Below are positions 49,260 through 61,341 of a stretch of 64,000 nt of DNA, piece by piece. The notes beneath the pieces are model-generated. The model searched no databases. It had not been told where the DNA came from and worked only from the letters and a program-made list of their open reading frames with translations. A program made the translations under genes and the position numbers. Source of the DNA: Stegostoma tigrinum. Taxonomy: Eukaryota. Numbering within the stretch: position 1 is the stretch's first letter; the number at the start of each line of letters is the position of its first letter. The DNA lies in assembly GCF_030684315.1 (NCBI RefSeq), contig NC_081373.1, positions 56,902,864 to 56,966,863 of the forward strand, in the 5' to 3' direction.

Positions 49260-52170
49260 TTGTATAAGACCACAGTAATAGGAAAACAAGTGAGCCATTC
49301 AGATCTTTGAATCTGCTCCGCTTTTCAATAGGATCATGACTTATCGAACATTCTTCACATCCACTTTCCTGTTTTTTCCCTGTTACCCTTGATTCCCTAC
49401 TGACCAGGAATCTATTTCAGCCTTAAATAGACACAAAGATTGTGGTCCCAGAGCTCACTTTGACAAGGAGTTCTAAAGACTCAATCGTCAGGGAAGAAAT
49501 ACACCAACAAATACTCATCTCAGTCTTAAATTGGCACCTCTTTATTCTGGGACTATGCCCTCTGGCCCTAGATTCTGTCATGAAGGGAAACATCCTCTCA
49601 ATGTTTACCCTGTCAATCCCCTTAAGAATCCAAATTGTTTGATTGAGATTATCTCTCATTCTTCTAAACTCCAGTCAGTAGTGTCCCAACCTGTTTAACC
49701 TTTGCTTATAAGGTAATCTGTCCACACTTGGGATCATCCAAGTAAACCTTCCTTGAATTGCCTCCACTAAAATGATATCTTTCCTTAATTAAGTGGGTCC
49801 AAACAAGTCCAGAAGTGGTTTCACTTAGCACCCTGTACGTTTGCAGTAAGAGTTCCCCTCTTTTTACACTCAACCATCAAAATGTTGTCCCTTACTCCAT
49901 TAGACTTCCTGATTATCTGCTGTACCTGTGTGCTAACTTATTGTGTTTTGTGCACAAGTATCCCCAAGTCCCTTCATGCTGTAGCTTTCTGCAGTTTTTG
50001 TCCATTTAAATAATATTCTGTTCTCTTTTCTTCTTTCCAAAATGAACATGGTTACATTTTCCTCATGTTCTCAATTTGCCAACTTTTTGCCTACTTACTT
50101 AACCGTAACTAATCTCTGTAAACTGTTCGTATTCCTCTTGCAACTTGCCTTTTCAGCTATTTTTGTGTCATCTGCAAATTTGGCTGCAGGACATTCGTTT
50201 CCTACCTCCAAGTCATTAATATATGTTATAAATAGTTGCGGTCTCAGCAATGATCCTTGTGAAACCCCACTGCTCACAGGTTGCCAAACTGAAAAAGAAC
50301 TAGCTGTCTCCTGACCATTAGCCAATTCTCAATCATGTCAATATGCTACCTCCAGCACCATGGGCTGTTATCATATGACTTCGTCCTTTGTGAGGTAACT
50401 TGTTGAATGCTTTCTGGAATACCAAGTACAATACACCTATTGGTTTCCTTCTGTTCACTTCATTTGCAACTTCCTCAAAGAACCCTAATAAATTAGTTAG
50501 ACATGATTTTCCTTTCTGAAGCCATGCTGACTCTGCTTGATTAGATTATGATTTTCCAAATGTGCTGCAGCTACTTCCTTAATGACTGATTCCACATCCT
50601 TCTAACAATAGATATTAGGCTAATCAGCCTATACTTACTTTTTTGTTTTTTTTTCGTTTTTCTCCCTTTTTGAATAGGTGTGTCATGTTGGCAGTTCTCC
50701 AATCTTCTGAAACTTCTCTGGAATCCAAGGATTTTTTGGAAAATCACAGTCAATGCACACACTTTTTTTCTTTCAGAATCCTAGGATGAAAGCCATCAGG
50801 CCGAGGGGACTTATCTACCATTAGTTTGTCTAGTACCATTTCTCCATTGATAGTGACAGTGTTTAATTCCTCCCCGTATTCTTTAATATTAATGGGATTT
50901 TCAATGTATCTTCCATCCTAAAGTCTGATGCAAAATATCTGTTTCATTCCTTTGCCATTTCCTAGTTCAGCATAACTACTTCCCCAGATTCATTTTCCAA
51001 GGGGCTTACGTTCACTTTGACCTCTTTCTTCCGTTCCATAAATTTAAATAAGCTCTTATTGTCAGTTTTTATAATCCTCGCAATTTATGTTTTCTCTCTT
51101 TATTATCTTTTTAGACCCCTCTGCTAGATTCTGAATTTATCCCAGTCTTCAGGGCTATCACTGACTCTTGCCTCTTTATGTACGTTTGTTTTCAGCTTAA
51201 TCTTAGAATTCCTACAGTGTGGAAGCAGGCCCTTCAGCCCAACAAGTCCACTCTTACTCTTGGAGCATCCCACCCAGAACCATTCCCCTATAACCCATAC
51301 ACCCCTGGGCACTATGCGCAATTTAGTTTGGCCAATCAACCTAGACTGCACATCTTTGGACTTTAATCTCTCCTTCACTTCCTTGGTTTATCCCTCACTT
51401 AGAATCTTTCATCGTTACTGGAATATATTTTTGCTGAGAGTCCTTAAATTTCTGCCGCTTCTTGTTATTGTTATTAACCTCCCCACCCAGCCTATTTTAG
51501 CTAACTCTGTTTATTTCATTGCAATTCCTTTTGTTTAAGTTAAACACAGTTGTTTACAACCTAAGTTTCTAACTCTCAAACTAAATATTAAATTCTGTCA
51601 TCTTACGATCAGTACTCCCTCAGGGATCTTTGACTGAGGTAATTTAATAAACTTGCCTCGTTACTAGTTCCAAGATAGCCTGCTCCCTGGTTGGGTCAAT
51701 GACATAACCCTAATACACTCTATGAATTTGTTGTATCTACTTTTTCCAGTTTTACTAACCCCTTCATCATGAAGATTAAAGTTACCCATAATTATTGCTC
51801 TGTTCTTTTTACGTGCTCTTTTATTTGTTGATTTATAGCTTTTCCTGCAGTGTCACTACTGTTATGCACAAGTCCTATCAATGTTTTCATTCCCTTGTTT
51901 TCTTAAACGTACACCCAAATGGACTGTATATTGTCCAAGCTTAGATCACCTGTCTCAACTGTCCTAATTTCACCTTTTATTGTCATTACTACCCCACCAC
52001 CTTTTATTTTCCTCTTGCCTTTCCAAATGGTTAAACATCCCTGACTGTTAAGTTCCCAGTTTTGGTCTTGTTGTAACCATATCTCCATAATAACAATGAG
52101 ATCATATCCATTTCACTCGATTTGCACCATTTTTCTACCTTATTCCAAATGCTTCATGTGTTAAGATACA
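49260..52170 (-). mobile_element. Long degenerate CR1 LINE with an HE1 SINE fragment at ~51205-51362
   Basis: SGVSQGSLLRPQLF...AKFADDTK and endonuclease-region remnants on the minus strand. Confidence 0.85.
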
Positions 52171-53298
52171 AAGTATTTAAGTTAGCAAATTTTATATTAT
52201 CAAATTTTCCTACTCTTCTATGATTTATTGGTGCACATATTGTTCGCACATTCTATTCTTTCCTTTTATTTTCTGGAAACTGTCAGCTCCATCACTAACT
52301 TGCAATCCTACCCTCTTCTTTAACTTTGATTTTCTAGTTTTCCATGAAATTGAACACAATGTTTAGTTCTCCAGAGGTAGCGAGTATTATCACTGAGTGA
52401 TATCTCCTTAAGAACCTCAACATGCGAAAGAGCCAAGTACTCTGATGTCATCACATTACCAGGAGCCATGTCACCCCATATTACCACACCCCAGGAAAAA
52501 GCCCTGTCTGAGCATGATTATCCAACTTTGTCTTTCACTCATTAGGCTAGTGAATAAAGTTTAAAATGATAAAGTTTGGCACAATATTCAACAGAAATTT
52601 CATTTTTTAAAAAAGTTGTTGGCAATAAATTGATTATTCGCATAATTACCAAATAGGATCATTAGAAAGATCAATGTAGCAAAGCAAATTAATCAAACTT
52701 CTTTTTTTGCCTTTTTGATTAAGAAACAGAGTTAGAGACACTCAGACAGACTAGGCCTAAATCCTAATTTCCAGGGAAGGGGGAGGGGACCAGGACTGAA
52801 CTAAGGAATTTGGTTTACGCGTCATTGACCATAGTTTACTGCTGGCAATGCACACTCTGAGCTGGTTGTAACCAAATTTATGGGAAAGTGAAGTGGAAAA
52901 CGGGTCGGATTTCCTCCTCTTCCAGCAGTTTTGTAAATAAGTTCTTGGGCAGAGAAAAGGAAGGCTGTTTGTGTTAACCTCAGTTTCATGTTGCACCACC
53001 CCCTCCCCCTCCCCCCCCCCCGACCACCAAAACATTAGAATTTCAGAAACGGTAATGTTTGCTGATGACTGTACAATGTTCAGCACCATTCACAATCTCT
53101 CTGGTATTGAAACAGCAAATGCATCAAGGCTCGGGCGAATCTAGGTTGTGCTGACAGGTTAAAAAGTAACATTTGTGCCATATAAGTGCCAGGCAATGAT
53201 AACTCCAATGAGAGAATTTAACCACTGCCCCTTGATATTCAGTGGTATTACCATTGCTGAATCTTCAGCTACCAACACCCCGGGGGTCGAGACCTATT

Positions 53299-53415
53299 TC
53301 TGAAGAAGGGTCTAGGCCTGAAATGTCACCTTTCCTGCTCCTCTGCTGCTTGGCCTGCTGCGTTCATCCAGCTCTACACCTTGCTATCTCAGATTCTCCA
53401 GCAGTTCCTACTATC
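53299..53415 (+). mobile_element. Penelope-like fragment with variant hammerhead core
   Basis: CTGAAGAAGGGTCTAGGCCTGAAATGTC followed by the family 3' sequence. Confidence 0.75.
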
Positions 53416-53569
53416 TGTAGCTTTAAATGTTGCTAGCCTCACTCAGTGTGAGTAGGTGTGGTTGATGGTACACCGCAATTCCCGGACTCTCTCTCTAGCC
53501 TTCCCTTAGAGAGGTTGATACGTTCTGGAAACATGATACTTGAATTGATGATTCCTCCTTCTGCTGCAG

Positions 53570-53710
53570 GAGGCCAATGACATCTCCTCTCTGAAACCCC
53601 AGCTTGATGAGTTAGGGGTCCCTCTGTATGGAGTCGTCAAAGAAGATATCAATAATGAATTAAAGAGCTTCCAACCTTTTTTCAAAGGCGAGATTTTTCT
53701 AGATGAAGAG
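53570..53710 (+). CDS. PRXL2A: Selenoprotein U, coding exon 3
   Basis: ctgcag|EANDISSLKPQLDELGVPLYGVVKEDINNELKSFQPFFKGEIFLDEE|gtaggt; 141 nt. Confidence 0.95.
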
Positions 53711-54036
53711 GTAGGTGCCAAGTTGTGGCCTGTGAGAGCGAGTGGTGATATGTAAATATTTAATCTGCAACTGCTGTGCGTGAGAGACCGAGCGAGCGTG
53801 TGTGTGTGCCCACACCTGTGCCTAGCAGTGTGTGTCTGATCGATGTGTGGTGTTCACAGAGTGTTGTTTACGTGGAAGGTATTCATTGGAAGGGTTAATT
53901 TGTGTGTTGATGGTATCGGGCCAGCAATGGAATGTGTTCTATGGATTGAATGGGAGTGAATATTTTGTGGGGTTCATTTGTTGCCAGCATCAGTTTGCCA
54001 TTCAGCTAATGTCTGCCTGGCTCCCTCCATCTTTAG

Positions 54037-54201
54037 AAACGCTTCTATGGACCAAACAAACGCACCATGGGACTCCTTGGCCTTTTCCGTCTGGGTGTTT
54101 GGAGGAATTTTTTGAGAGCCTGGCGAAAAGGATTCAGCGGGAATACAGACGGAGAAGGATTCATCCTTGGAGGAGTATTTGTTTTAGGAGCTGGAGATCA
54201 G
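54037..54201 (+). CDS. PRXL2A: Selenoprotein U, coding exon 4
   Basis: ctttag|KRFYGPNKRTMGLLGLFRLGVWRNFLRAWRKGFSGNTDGEGFILGGVFVLGAGDQ|gtcagg; 165 nt. Confidence 0.95.
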
Positions 54202-55014
54202 GTCAGGAAATGCAGTGCCTCCTTCTCAAGCTTCACAAACAGGAACCACTTTTTGCCCTGCTGAACTGGTTTCTTCTGATCTCACCTCTGTTTCTTTCTC
54301 CCTTTGTTATTGCATCAGTGTCACTTGCCACAGTTTGCTGACTCTAACCATAGAAAAGTTACAAACAAGAAAGAGACCATTAGGCCTATCATGCCTATGC
54401 TATCAGTCACTATGGATGCCTCATCCCTCTACACCTCCATTTCCCCCTAAGGAGAGCTCAGCACCACTTCACTGAATGCATAGTCCATTTCTTCCTCCAT
54501 TTCTGCTGGTAGGCATCATAAGCCCAGTGCATCCACAATTACTTTCAATGCACTTTCTGAAAACCTCTCTTCTATTTTAACCAGTTACTCAAGTCTGTTA
54601 CGTTTGTTTGGACAATGCAGCCTTCCATATTCATATTTCTGCAATGTCTGTCTTTCTTTGCCCGTAACAAACAAATTTGTCCACCATGATTAACAGGGTG
54701 CCCTACTGTGCCTACTCTGTTTTAATGCTGTTCTGTTCTCGCTCTTCCCCTCAATTCCAGGAGCTTTATCCTATCCACTCCAAACACATCTTCCCATCCT
54801 CTCTCAGAATTCTGAAAGGATTGTTGCCTCCCTGATTGCCTGGTTCTCTTCTCAATCAACCCAAAGCTGCCATTTCTTTCTCTGTGGAGTGCAGGACATG
54901 CAAGACCTCTCCCACCTCCTCCCTTCTCACAATGCAATGCTTCAAACATATTTTACAGTGAAACAGAAATTTATTTCTATTTTTTTCAATGTTGTATGCT
55001 GTATTCTCTGCTCA

Positions 55015-55180
55015 TGATGTGGTTCCCTCTACATTAGGAAGGCCATTCGCAGACTGGGTGACTGCTTTGAGGAACACATCCATTCAGCCCATAAGCATGT
55101 ATCTGAGCCCTCTGTGACCTGTCATTTTAATTCTCAATCTCACTTCGCACTCTGACCTTTCTGACCTGGAATGCCACTGG
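55015..55180 (+). mobile_element. Old Penelope-like GIY-YIG endonuclease remnant
   Basis: Translates CGSLYIRKAIRRLGDCFEEHIHS...VTCHFNS (decayed YIG...R...EH). Confidence 0.65.
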
Positions 55181-57039
55181 CAAGAGACAGAGTTGGGGGA
55201 ATTGTGGAATGGGCAGGGGTGCTCCAAAGGTTTAACTTGTCATTGCTCACTGCATTCTCCCTTGCCCGCCACAGCTGAGGAATAAAGACCACATCATTCT
55301 GCCTGACTGACTATATGTTATTGCCCCCTTAACCCAGTGGGCAAGGCAGCTGGGGCTAATAAGGGGCAAAGAAGGAAAGTGGGAACTGAAGTGACAGGCT
55401 TGTCTCTGCCAATTGCCGACTGGAATGAACTGAAACAAATTCAAATTATGTATCAAGATACGGATGGTATGACCCTGTAATAAAGGTAGAATAGTAAGGA
55501 GATAAAAGCAGGACATCAGTGATAAGGTCAGAGATCACAGTTGATGGAGTATGAAATTGGCATGAACTATCAAAACTCTCATCCAGGTTTGTATTTGGAT
55601 GTAGAGGGCAAGGTTGCTAGAAGCCATGTGACACAAGGAGGAACATATTCCTGTTGGAATGTGGGTCTAGGAGTGTGTAGCAATGGTCAGGGGGCAGAAA
55701 ATAGTGGAAGGTTGCCCAGCATTACAAAATTCAGAGACTGGAGACAAATATTGAAAGACGTGATGTCCTAGCTAGGAATCGGAGGACAGCTGATCTGGAA
55801 AACATGGTTTACAAGTCGTAGACCCAACAGATGACAGGAGTGTCGATGGATGAGGGTAAATTAAGTCACTTTAAGATATAAGCAATAGAGCAGCTGAGCC
55901 TAGTGAGGCCCCAGTAAAACCCAATGCAGACTAGTGTATTTCAGTGCACCCCAGCCTAGTCCCATGTAGGCCTGTGCAGTTCAGTGCTATTCAGTGCCAC
56001 CCATTATAACCCTGTGCATTCCAATGAAGTTGAGTGCAGTCCAGTGCAGAAACAAGCTTGATTCCCAGACAAATCCAGAAATTTGAAAGCCAAATTTGAG
56101 CAAAGATTGAAAGTTTAATGAAATCAAAATCAAAGAAAAGAAAGCATTTTTGGCAGTTGGCCCAATTAATTTTAAGCTAACAGTTTGAAAGCCTTTGGTT
56201 TTGATTAAAAGGCATCTGGTTTGGAGCCAGGGGAATATAAACAGTGTCAATGAGGAGAAGAGAGAAAAAAAGAAGGATGATGGTTGATGGATAGGTTTAG
56301 AGATGAATAGTGAGTTGCCCGGATGACAGTTGCCTGGCTCAGAGTTATCTGTGAAGCAAGTCCTCTATTGCAATACAAACTATTGATGTCATTGTCCATG
56401 GATATTTCCCTAACCCCACCCATACAGCTCTTCTCTCAGCTTCCAAGTTCAAGGGCGATCATGTAAGATTCTAAGGAGCAGGAGTAGACCATTCAGACCC
56501 TTAAACCTGTACCACTACTCAATAAGTTCACAGCTAAAACGAATGTGGCCTGAACTCCACTTCTGCAGGGTCCCCATTACCTTTGGCTCTGCTGTTGATG
56601 GGAAATCTGTCTCAATCAGCGTTGAACATCTCCAATAATCAGTCCACTACTGTTCTCTGAGGAAGAGAAATTCAAAAATTAATGACCCGCTGAGAGGACA
56701 GATTTATCCCCAGTCATTCATCTTCAGTGGAAGACCCCTTATTTTTAAACTGTTCCCTTTCATTCTAGATATCCCATGAGGTTATTCCCTCTAGGTATAT
56801 ATCCTGTCATTCTCCCCCCCCCCCCCCCCCCATCAGTTTCTTAACGGTTTTAATAAGCTCACCTTTCTAAACACTAATCAGCATTGGCCCAAACTGCTCA
56901 ACCCTTTCTCATAAGACCATGTCTTCATCCTGGGAATAAGTGTCACGACCCTGCTATGAAATATCCTGTACAATTGTAGCAAACCTTCTCTCCTGTATAC
57001 ACTATCTCCTTGCAATTATGGCACCTGTTCCATTTTGTT

Positions 57040-57395
57040 TTCTTTATTCATTCACGGGATGAGGGTGTCACTGGCTAGGCAGCATTTATTGCCCATCTCT
57101 AATTGCCCAGAGGACAGTTAAGAGTCAACAGCATTGCTATGGGTTTGGAATCGCATGTAGACCCAGGCCAGATAAGGATGGCAGTTTCCTTCTCTAAAGG
57201 GCATTAGCGAACCAGATGGTTTTTCCAACAATTGACAATGGATTCATGGTCATCATTAGATTCTTAATTCCAGATATTTATCACATTCAAATTTCACCAT
57301 CTCCGTAGTGGGATTTGAACCTAGGTCACCAGAACATTATCTGGGTCTCTGGATTAATAGTCCAGCGATAATGCCACTAGGCCATTGCCTCCCCC
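57040..57395 (-). mobile_element. tRNA-derived SINE, same family as 12843-13200
   Basis: Reverse-complement similarity along the full length. Confidence 0.8.
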
Positions 57396-57693
57396 CGTCT
57401 TGCCAAGTGCTTTACTGTATCTGTGTTCCATCCTTTGTTGAGGATAGTGGGTGAATATGAAGGAAGATGGTAAGAGGAGGGTTGGTGGGAGTGAGGGAAA
57501 TGATGGGGAGTGGGAGAGGGCATTGAACAAGGAAGGGTGATGGGTGAGGGGAGTGGGTTGGTCAGAGATGTGAGGAAGGGGGAGTTTGATGGAGAGATAA
57601 GGAAAGGGGTTAGGAAGAGGAGAGGAGTAGTGGGAGGAACCAGATTGTCTCCTGCTCTTGGCCTTGGTCTCAGCTGCTATTGTATTCACACAG

Positions 57694-57801
57694 GGAGTCC
57701 TCCTAGAGCACCGTGAGAAGGAGTTCGGTGACGCTGTTGATATCCACTCTGTCCTTGAAGCAGCCAGGAAGGTCAGGCCTCCGAGAGTCACTGAAAAATA
57801 G
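57694..57801 (+). CDS. PRXL2A: Selenoprotein U, last coding exon
   Basis: cacag|GVLLEHREKEFGDAVDIHSVLEAARKVRPPRVTEK*; true stop TAG at 57799-57801. Confidence 0.93.
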   Translation, partial: GVLLEHREKEFGDAVDIHSVLEAARKVRPPRVTEK

Positions 57802-58159
57802 ACTGCCAGAAACTGAGAAATCAAAAGGAAATGCCACAGTGAAACTCCTGTTCAGTATCAAGTAATCACTGCACAGCGCTGGATCCCCAACCACTGCTCC
57901 ACTGATCCCTCTTCCTCTTCCCCCATATCCAGACTGTACTCCTGACTCCCTAGAATCCCACCCAAATCCTGCTCCCTACGTGAACCCTCCCACTCTGCAT
58001 TCAAATCCTGCCTTTCTCTTCCTGAACCACACCTCTCTGCTCCCCCACCCCACTCCAGAACCCTGCCTCCCTCCCCCTGAACCATACCTCTCTGCCCCCA
58101 AACCTACCTCACTAGCCCCTAGAACTCTACCCTCTCTTTCCTGGGGCTGCTCTGTGTTG

Positions 58160-58235
58160 CTGACCTGCACTGTATTAATGAGGGTCTGATCCTAAAGCTA
58201 TTGGCTCATGGCCTGATATTTACAGAGTTGGTCAG
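58160..58235 (+). promoter_or_regulatory. SECIS element in the SelU 3'UTR
   Basis: ATGA (58178-58181), 12 nt, AAA (58194-58196), TGAT (58214-58217); helix II GGTC-TGA-CC pairs with GG-TCA-GGCC; helix I CTGTA/TACAG and CTGACC/GGTCAG. Confidence 0.88.
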
Positions 58236-58293
58236 GAGTGAAATTCTGACATGGAATTGAAGTGGAAACTGTTTGTAACCTGAACCTAATCAC

Positions 58294-58299
58294 AATAAA
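58294..58299 (+). terminator. Polyadenylation signal AATAAA for SelU
   Basis: AATAAA about 60 nt after the SECIS. Confidence 0.7.
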
Positions 58300-61257
58300 A
58301 GAATACAAGACAATGATATTGCTATTAATTTCACCTTAATCTCACTTCCCAGCTATCGATTCTTTTCAAATTCTAAACAGCCCTCCATCTACAGATTAAC
58401 CCCCAGTGTTGAAACTGTTGGGGAACCACTGGGGCACTGTGCCAGAACATCCTGAATGCCCCATGCTTGAAAGAGTATTCACTGGTCAGTGGCAGCTTTT
58501 TTTATACTTAAGTGGGATGTAAGCATCAGTGACAAGGCTCATCCCTAAATGCTGTGGACCTGAGTGGCTCACGTGGCTGAGGGTCTGGAGTTGTATGTAG
58601 ACCAAACCGGATAAGGACAGCAGATTTCCTCCCCTAAAGAGCATTAGTGAAACAGGAAAGTTTTGAACAGTAATCGATGATAACTGTCATGGCCACTGTT
58701 ACTGAGACTAGCTTTTTAGTTAGGTGTTCATTAATTCAAGTTCCACTTGAGGTGGGATTCGAGTCTGTGAACTCGTGGACATTACCGCTACACCTTAGCT
58801 CCTTTGGGAATGGTGTTCCTGCTGGGGTGTTCTCTACACATTGCCCTATTCTGGGAATGGAGCATCTCCTGGACAATGCCATGTGCTGGGAATAATGTTT
58901 GTGAAGGTAATCACTGTGTGCTGAGAACCTTTACTGTCATTTAGTCTGACCTGTAGGTTTGATGTTCTATTTGCAAACTTGGACCACATTATCCATTCAA
59001 ATTACTCTTCACTTATCACTTGCCAAACACTATGTACTCAGCTCTAAGAGGGGCCAGCACTGTGTAACTATGATCATTTAGATTAACTGCAGCAAAGCTC
59101 CATAAAGTACTGTGGAATATTTTTGGCAGGTGCTTGGGTGAGTACAATTGAAACCACTTGTGCAATCTTGTAAACAGAGGTATCGAGTACCATAGCAAAG
59201 AAGTTCTGTTCAATCTTTAGAAACACTGGTTCAACCTGAGCTGGTGGAATGGGTCCAGCTCTGGGTGATACATTTCAGGAAAAGTGAGAACTCATCAGAG
59301 AGGGATGTGGATAAGATTCATGAGAACGGTCTCCAGGGATGAGGCGCTTGTTTACTTGGATAGGTTGGAAAAGTTGGGACTGTTAACTGTCAAATGAAAT
59401 TTGAGCCAAATGCAATGCCAAACTTAAATTCTTTGAATTTAAAAATAAGACATTTTTGCAGGGCTCAACTGCAGCATTGCAGACTGTTGATATTCCCAAC
59501 CCCACACAGCCTGTGGTTCAAATGTGTGCCAAGGTGCTGCCAACATGCTGGAGAGGAGACACTAGTGCCTCCCTGCAGGGCAATGCCAAAGTTTCTCTTC
59601 CCAAGAAAAGTGCCTCCTGTCCCCAATGAGGCAGCTTGGATGGAGATTGCAGGTGAGGCTAATAGGGAAAAAGATCACTCCCAGATCCTGGGTGCGTGTG
59701 CTGGAAAAGGCGCAGCACGCTGCCAGAGGGCATCATCCACATAGTTGGGATAAGCCTAATGATAATGGATTAAAGAGGACAGCCTTCACAAAATACATCT
59801 GCCCTCAGAGGCCCACTGAGCCAGAGGGGAAAAAAACCTAGGAAAATAACCAGTAATACTTTGGAAATGTTTGCACTGAGCACACAAAGCTCCACTTTGA
59901 AATGTACAAGACAGGACAAAAGCTTTACTGTCTTGTTCTTCTCTGTTAAATCCCAGTGATGAAGTAAACAATGAGGGAATGATGGCTGAAACTCTGGCCC
60001 AGCCACAGAATCTGATTCTACCCCAAACTTTAGGAAGGATGTGAGGAAATCAAAGAATAAAAATGACTACAAGGATGAGGAACTTGGGCATGTGGATTAT
60101 TTGGAGAAGTTGAGGCTATTTTCCTTGGAGAAGAGTGTGTGAGGAGGTTTGTTCAAAATTAGGAGTGATGTGGAGACATGATAGGGAGAAATGTTCCCAT
60201 AGGTGAAGGTGTCAAAAACTAGTTGCACAGGTTGGCAAAATAGTGACATGAGAAATATTGTTTAGAATAAAGAGCGTTTAGGACATCGAATACAGTATCT
60301 GAGAGTGTGGTGCAGGCAGGTACAATCAGGGCTTATAGAAGGATTGCATTAGCAATCAAGCAGGGGTAAACCAAAACATATTTGATGGTTTTAGAGAAAA
60401 GGATTGACTCGCTTTAGCATATATTGAGAGCAGAAAATGCTGCAGAACTCGTTTCTGACAGCATACGTGGAGAGAAACCAAGGCAACATTTCGAGTCTAA
60501 TGACTGTTTATGAAAACTGAAGAAAGGGGTGCAAAAGTGATGGAGATCATGCTGAGGAAAGCAAGTCGTCCACGGCCAAGATGGCTACCACTTGACGGTG
60601 CAGATGGCAACAATGACGTGACAGACCCTTCTGCCAGACCCCCTGCCTCCTATCCCTGCCTCTGCTCTGACCATTGCCCTACCCCTCCACCTCCCCACTC
60701 AATTCTCCCCTGGATACTGCTACCACTTTGAGCTCTTTCTGAGCATTTTACAGAATTTTTGCCACCCTGCAGCACTGGTAGTAAATCAACAGGCAGTCTT
60801 CACACTGTTGGAAATGAGAAGGAGCAAGTGAAACATGAAGTTCAAAAAAAGGTGAGGGGAGATTAGCGATCAGAGGTGTCACATAACAAAAGGAGTGGGA
60901 ATGTTTGTAGAGAAGACTTGGAATAGATCCAGAGAAGGAACAGAATGAAACTGAATTCCGATTGAAAGCAAAACAATGAAAAACTGTAAATTACAGACAC
61001 TGCGGATGGGAGGAGGCTGAAGTATCACAATGCAGGAAAGTGTTCATAGTTTGATGTTGTTTAATTGTCCTGACGCACTTAAACAGAAAATAAACCACTG
61101 TTTCTGCAGCTTATACTGGGCTTTGCTGGAACATTGCAGCAAATGCAGGACAGAAACATAAGCCTGGGAATTCAGGATTTCCAGACAGCCAGCACCAATA
61201 GCCTTTTGCTGTTGCTAGAACCACAATTTCAGAAGCCACAGTGGGCTCTGAAAGCCT

Positions 61258-61341
61258 AGATAACGAAGTGTGGAGCTGGATGAACACAGCAGGCCAAGCA
61301 GCATCAAAAGCTGACGTTTCGGGCCTAGACCCTTCATCAGA
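61258..61341 (-). mobile_element. Penelope-like fragment with intact hammerhead core (61311-61341)
   Basis: Reverse complement reads CTGATGAAGGGTCTAGGCCCGAAACGTCAG. Confidence 0.8.

Noticed and set aside
53299-53329. Active sense-strand ribozyme in a SelU intron
   Set aside because: Stem I reduced to about 1 bp and the stem III palindrome altered (AUGU); probably inactive
59394-59841. Exon of a further gene downstream of SelU
   Set aside because: A CAG|GTGAGG donor is present, but no recognisable protein or partner exons
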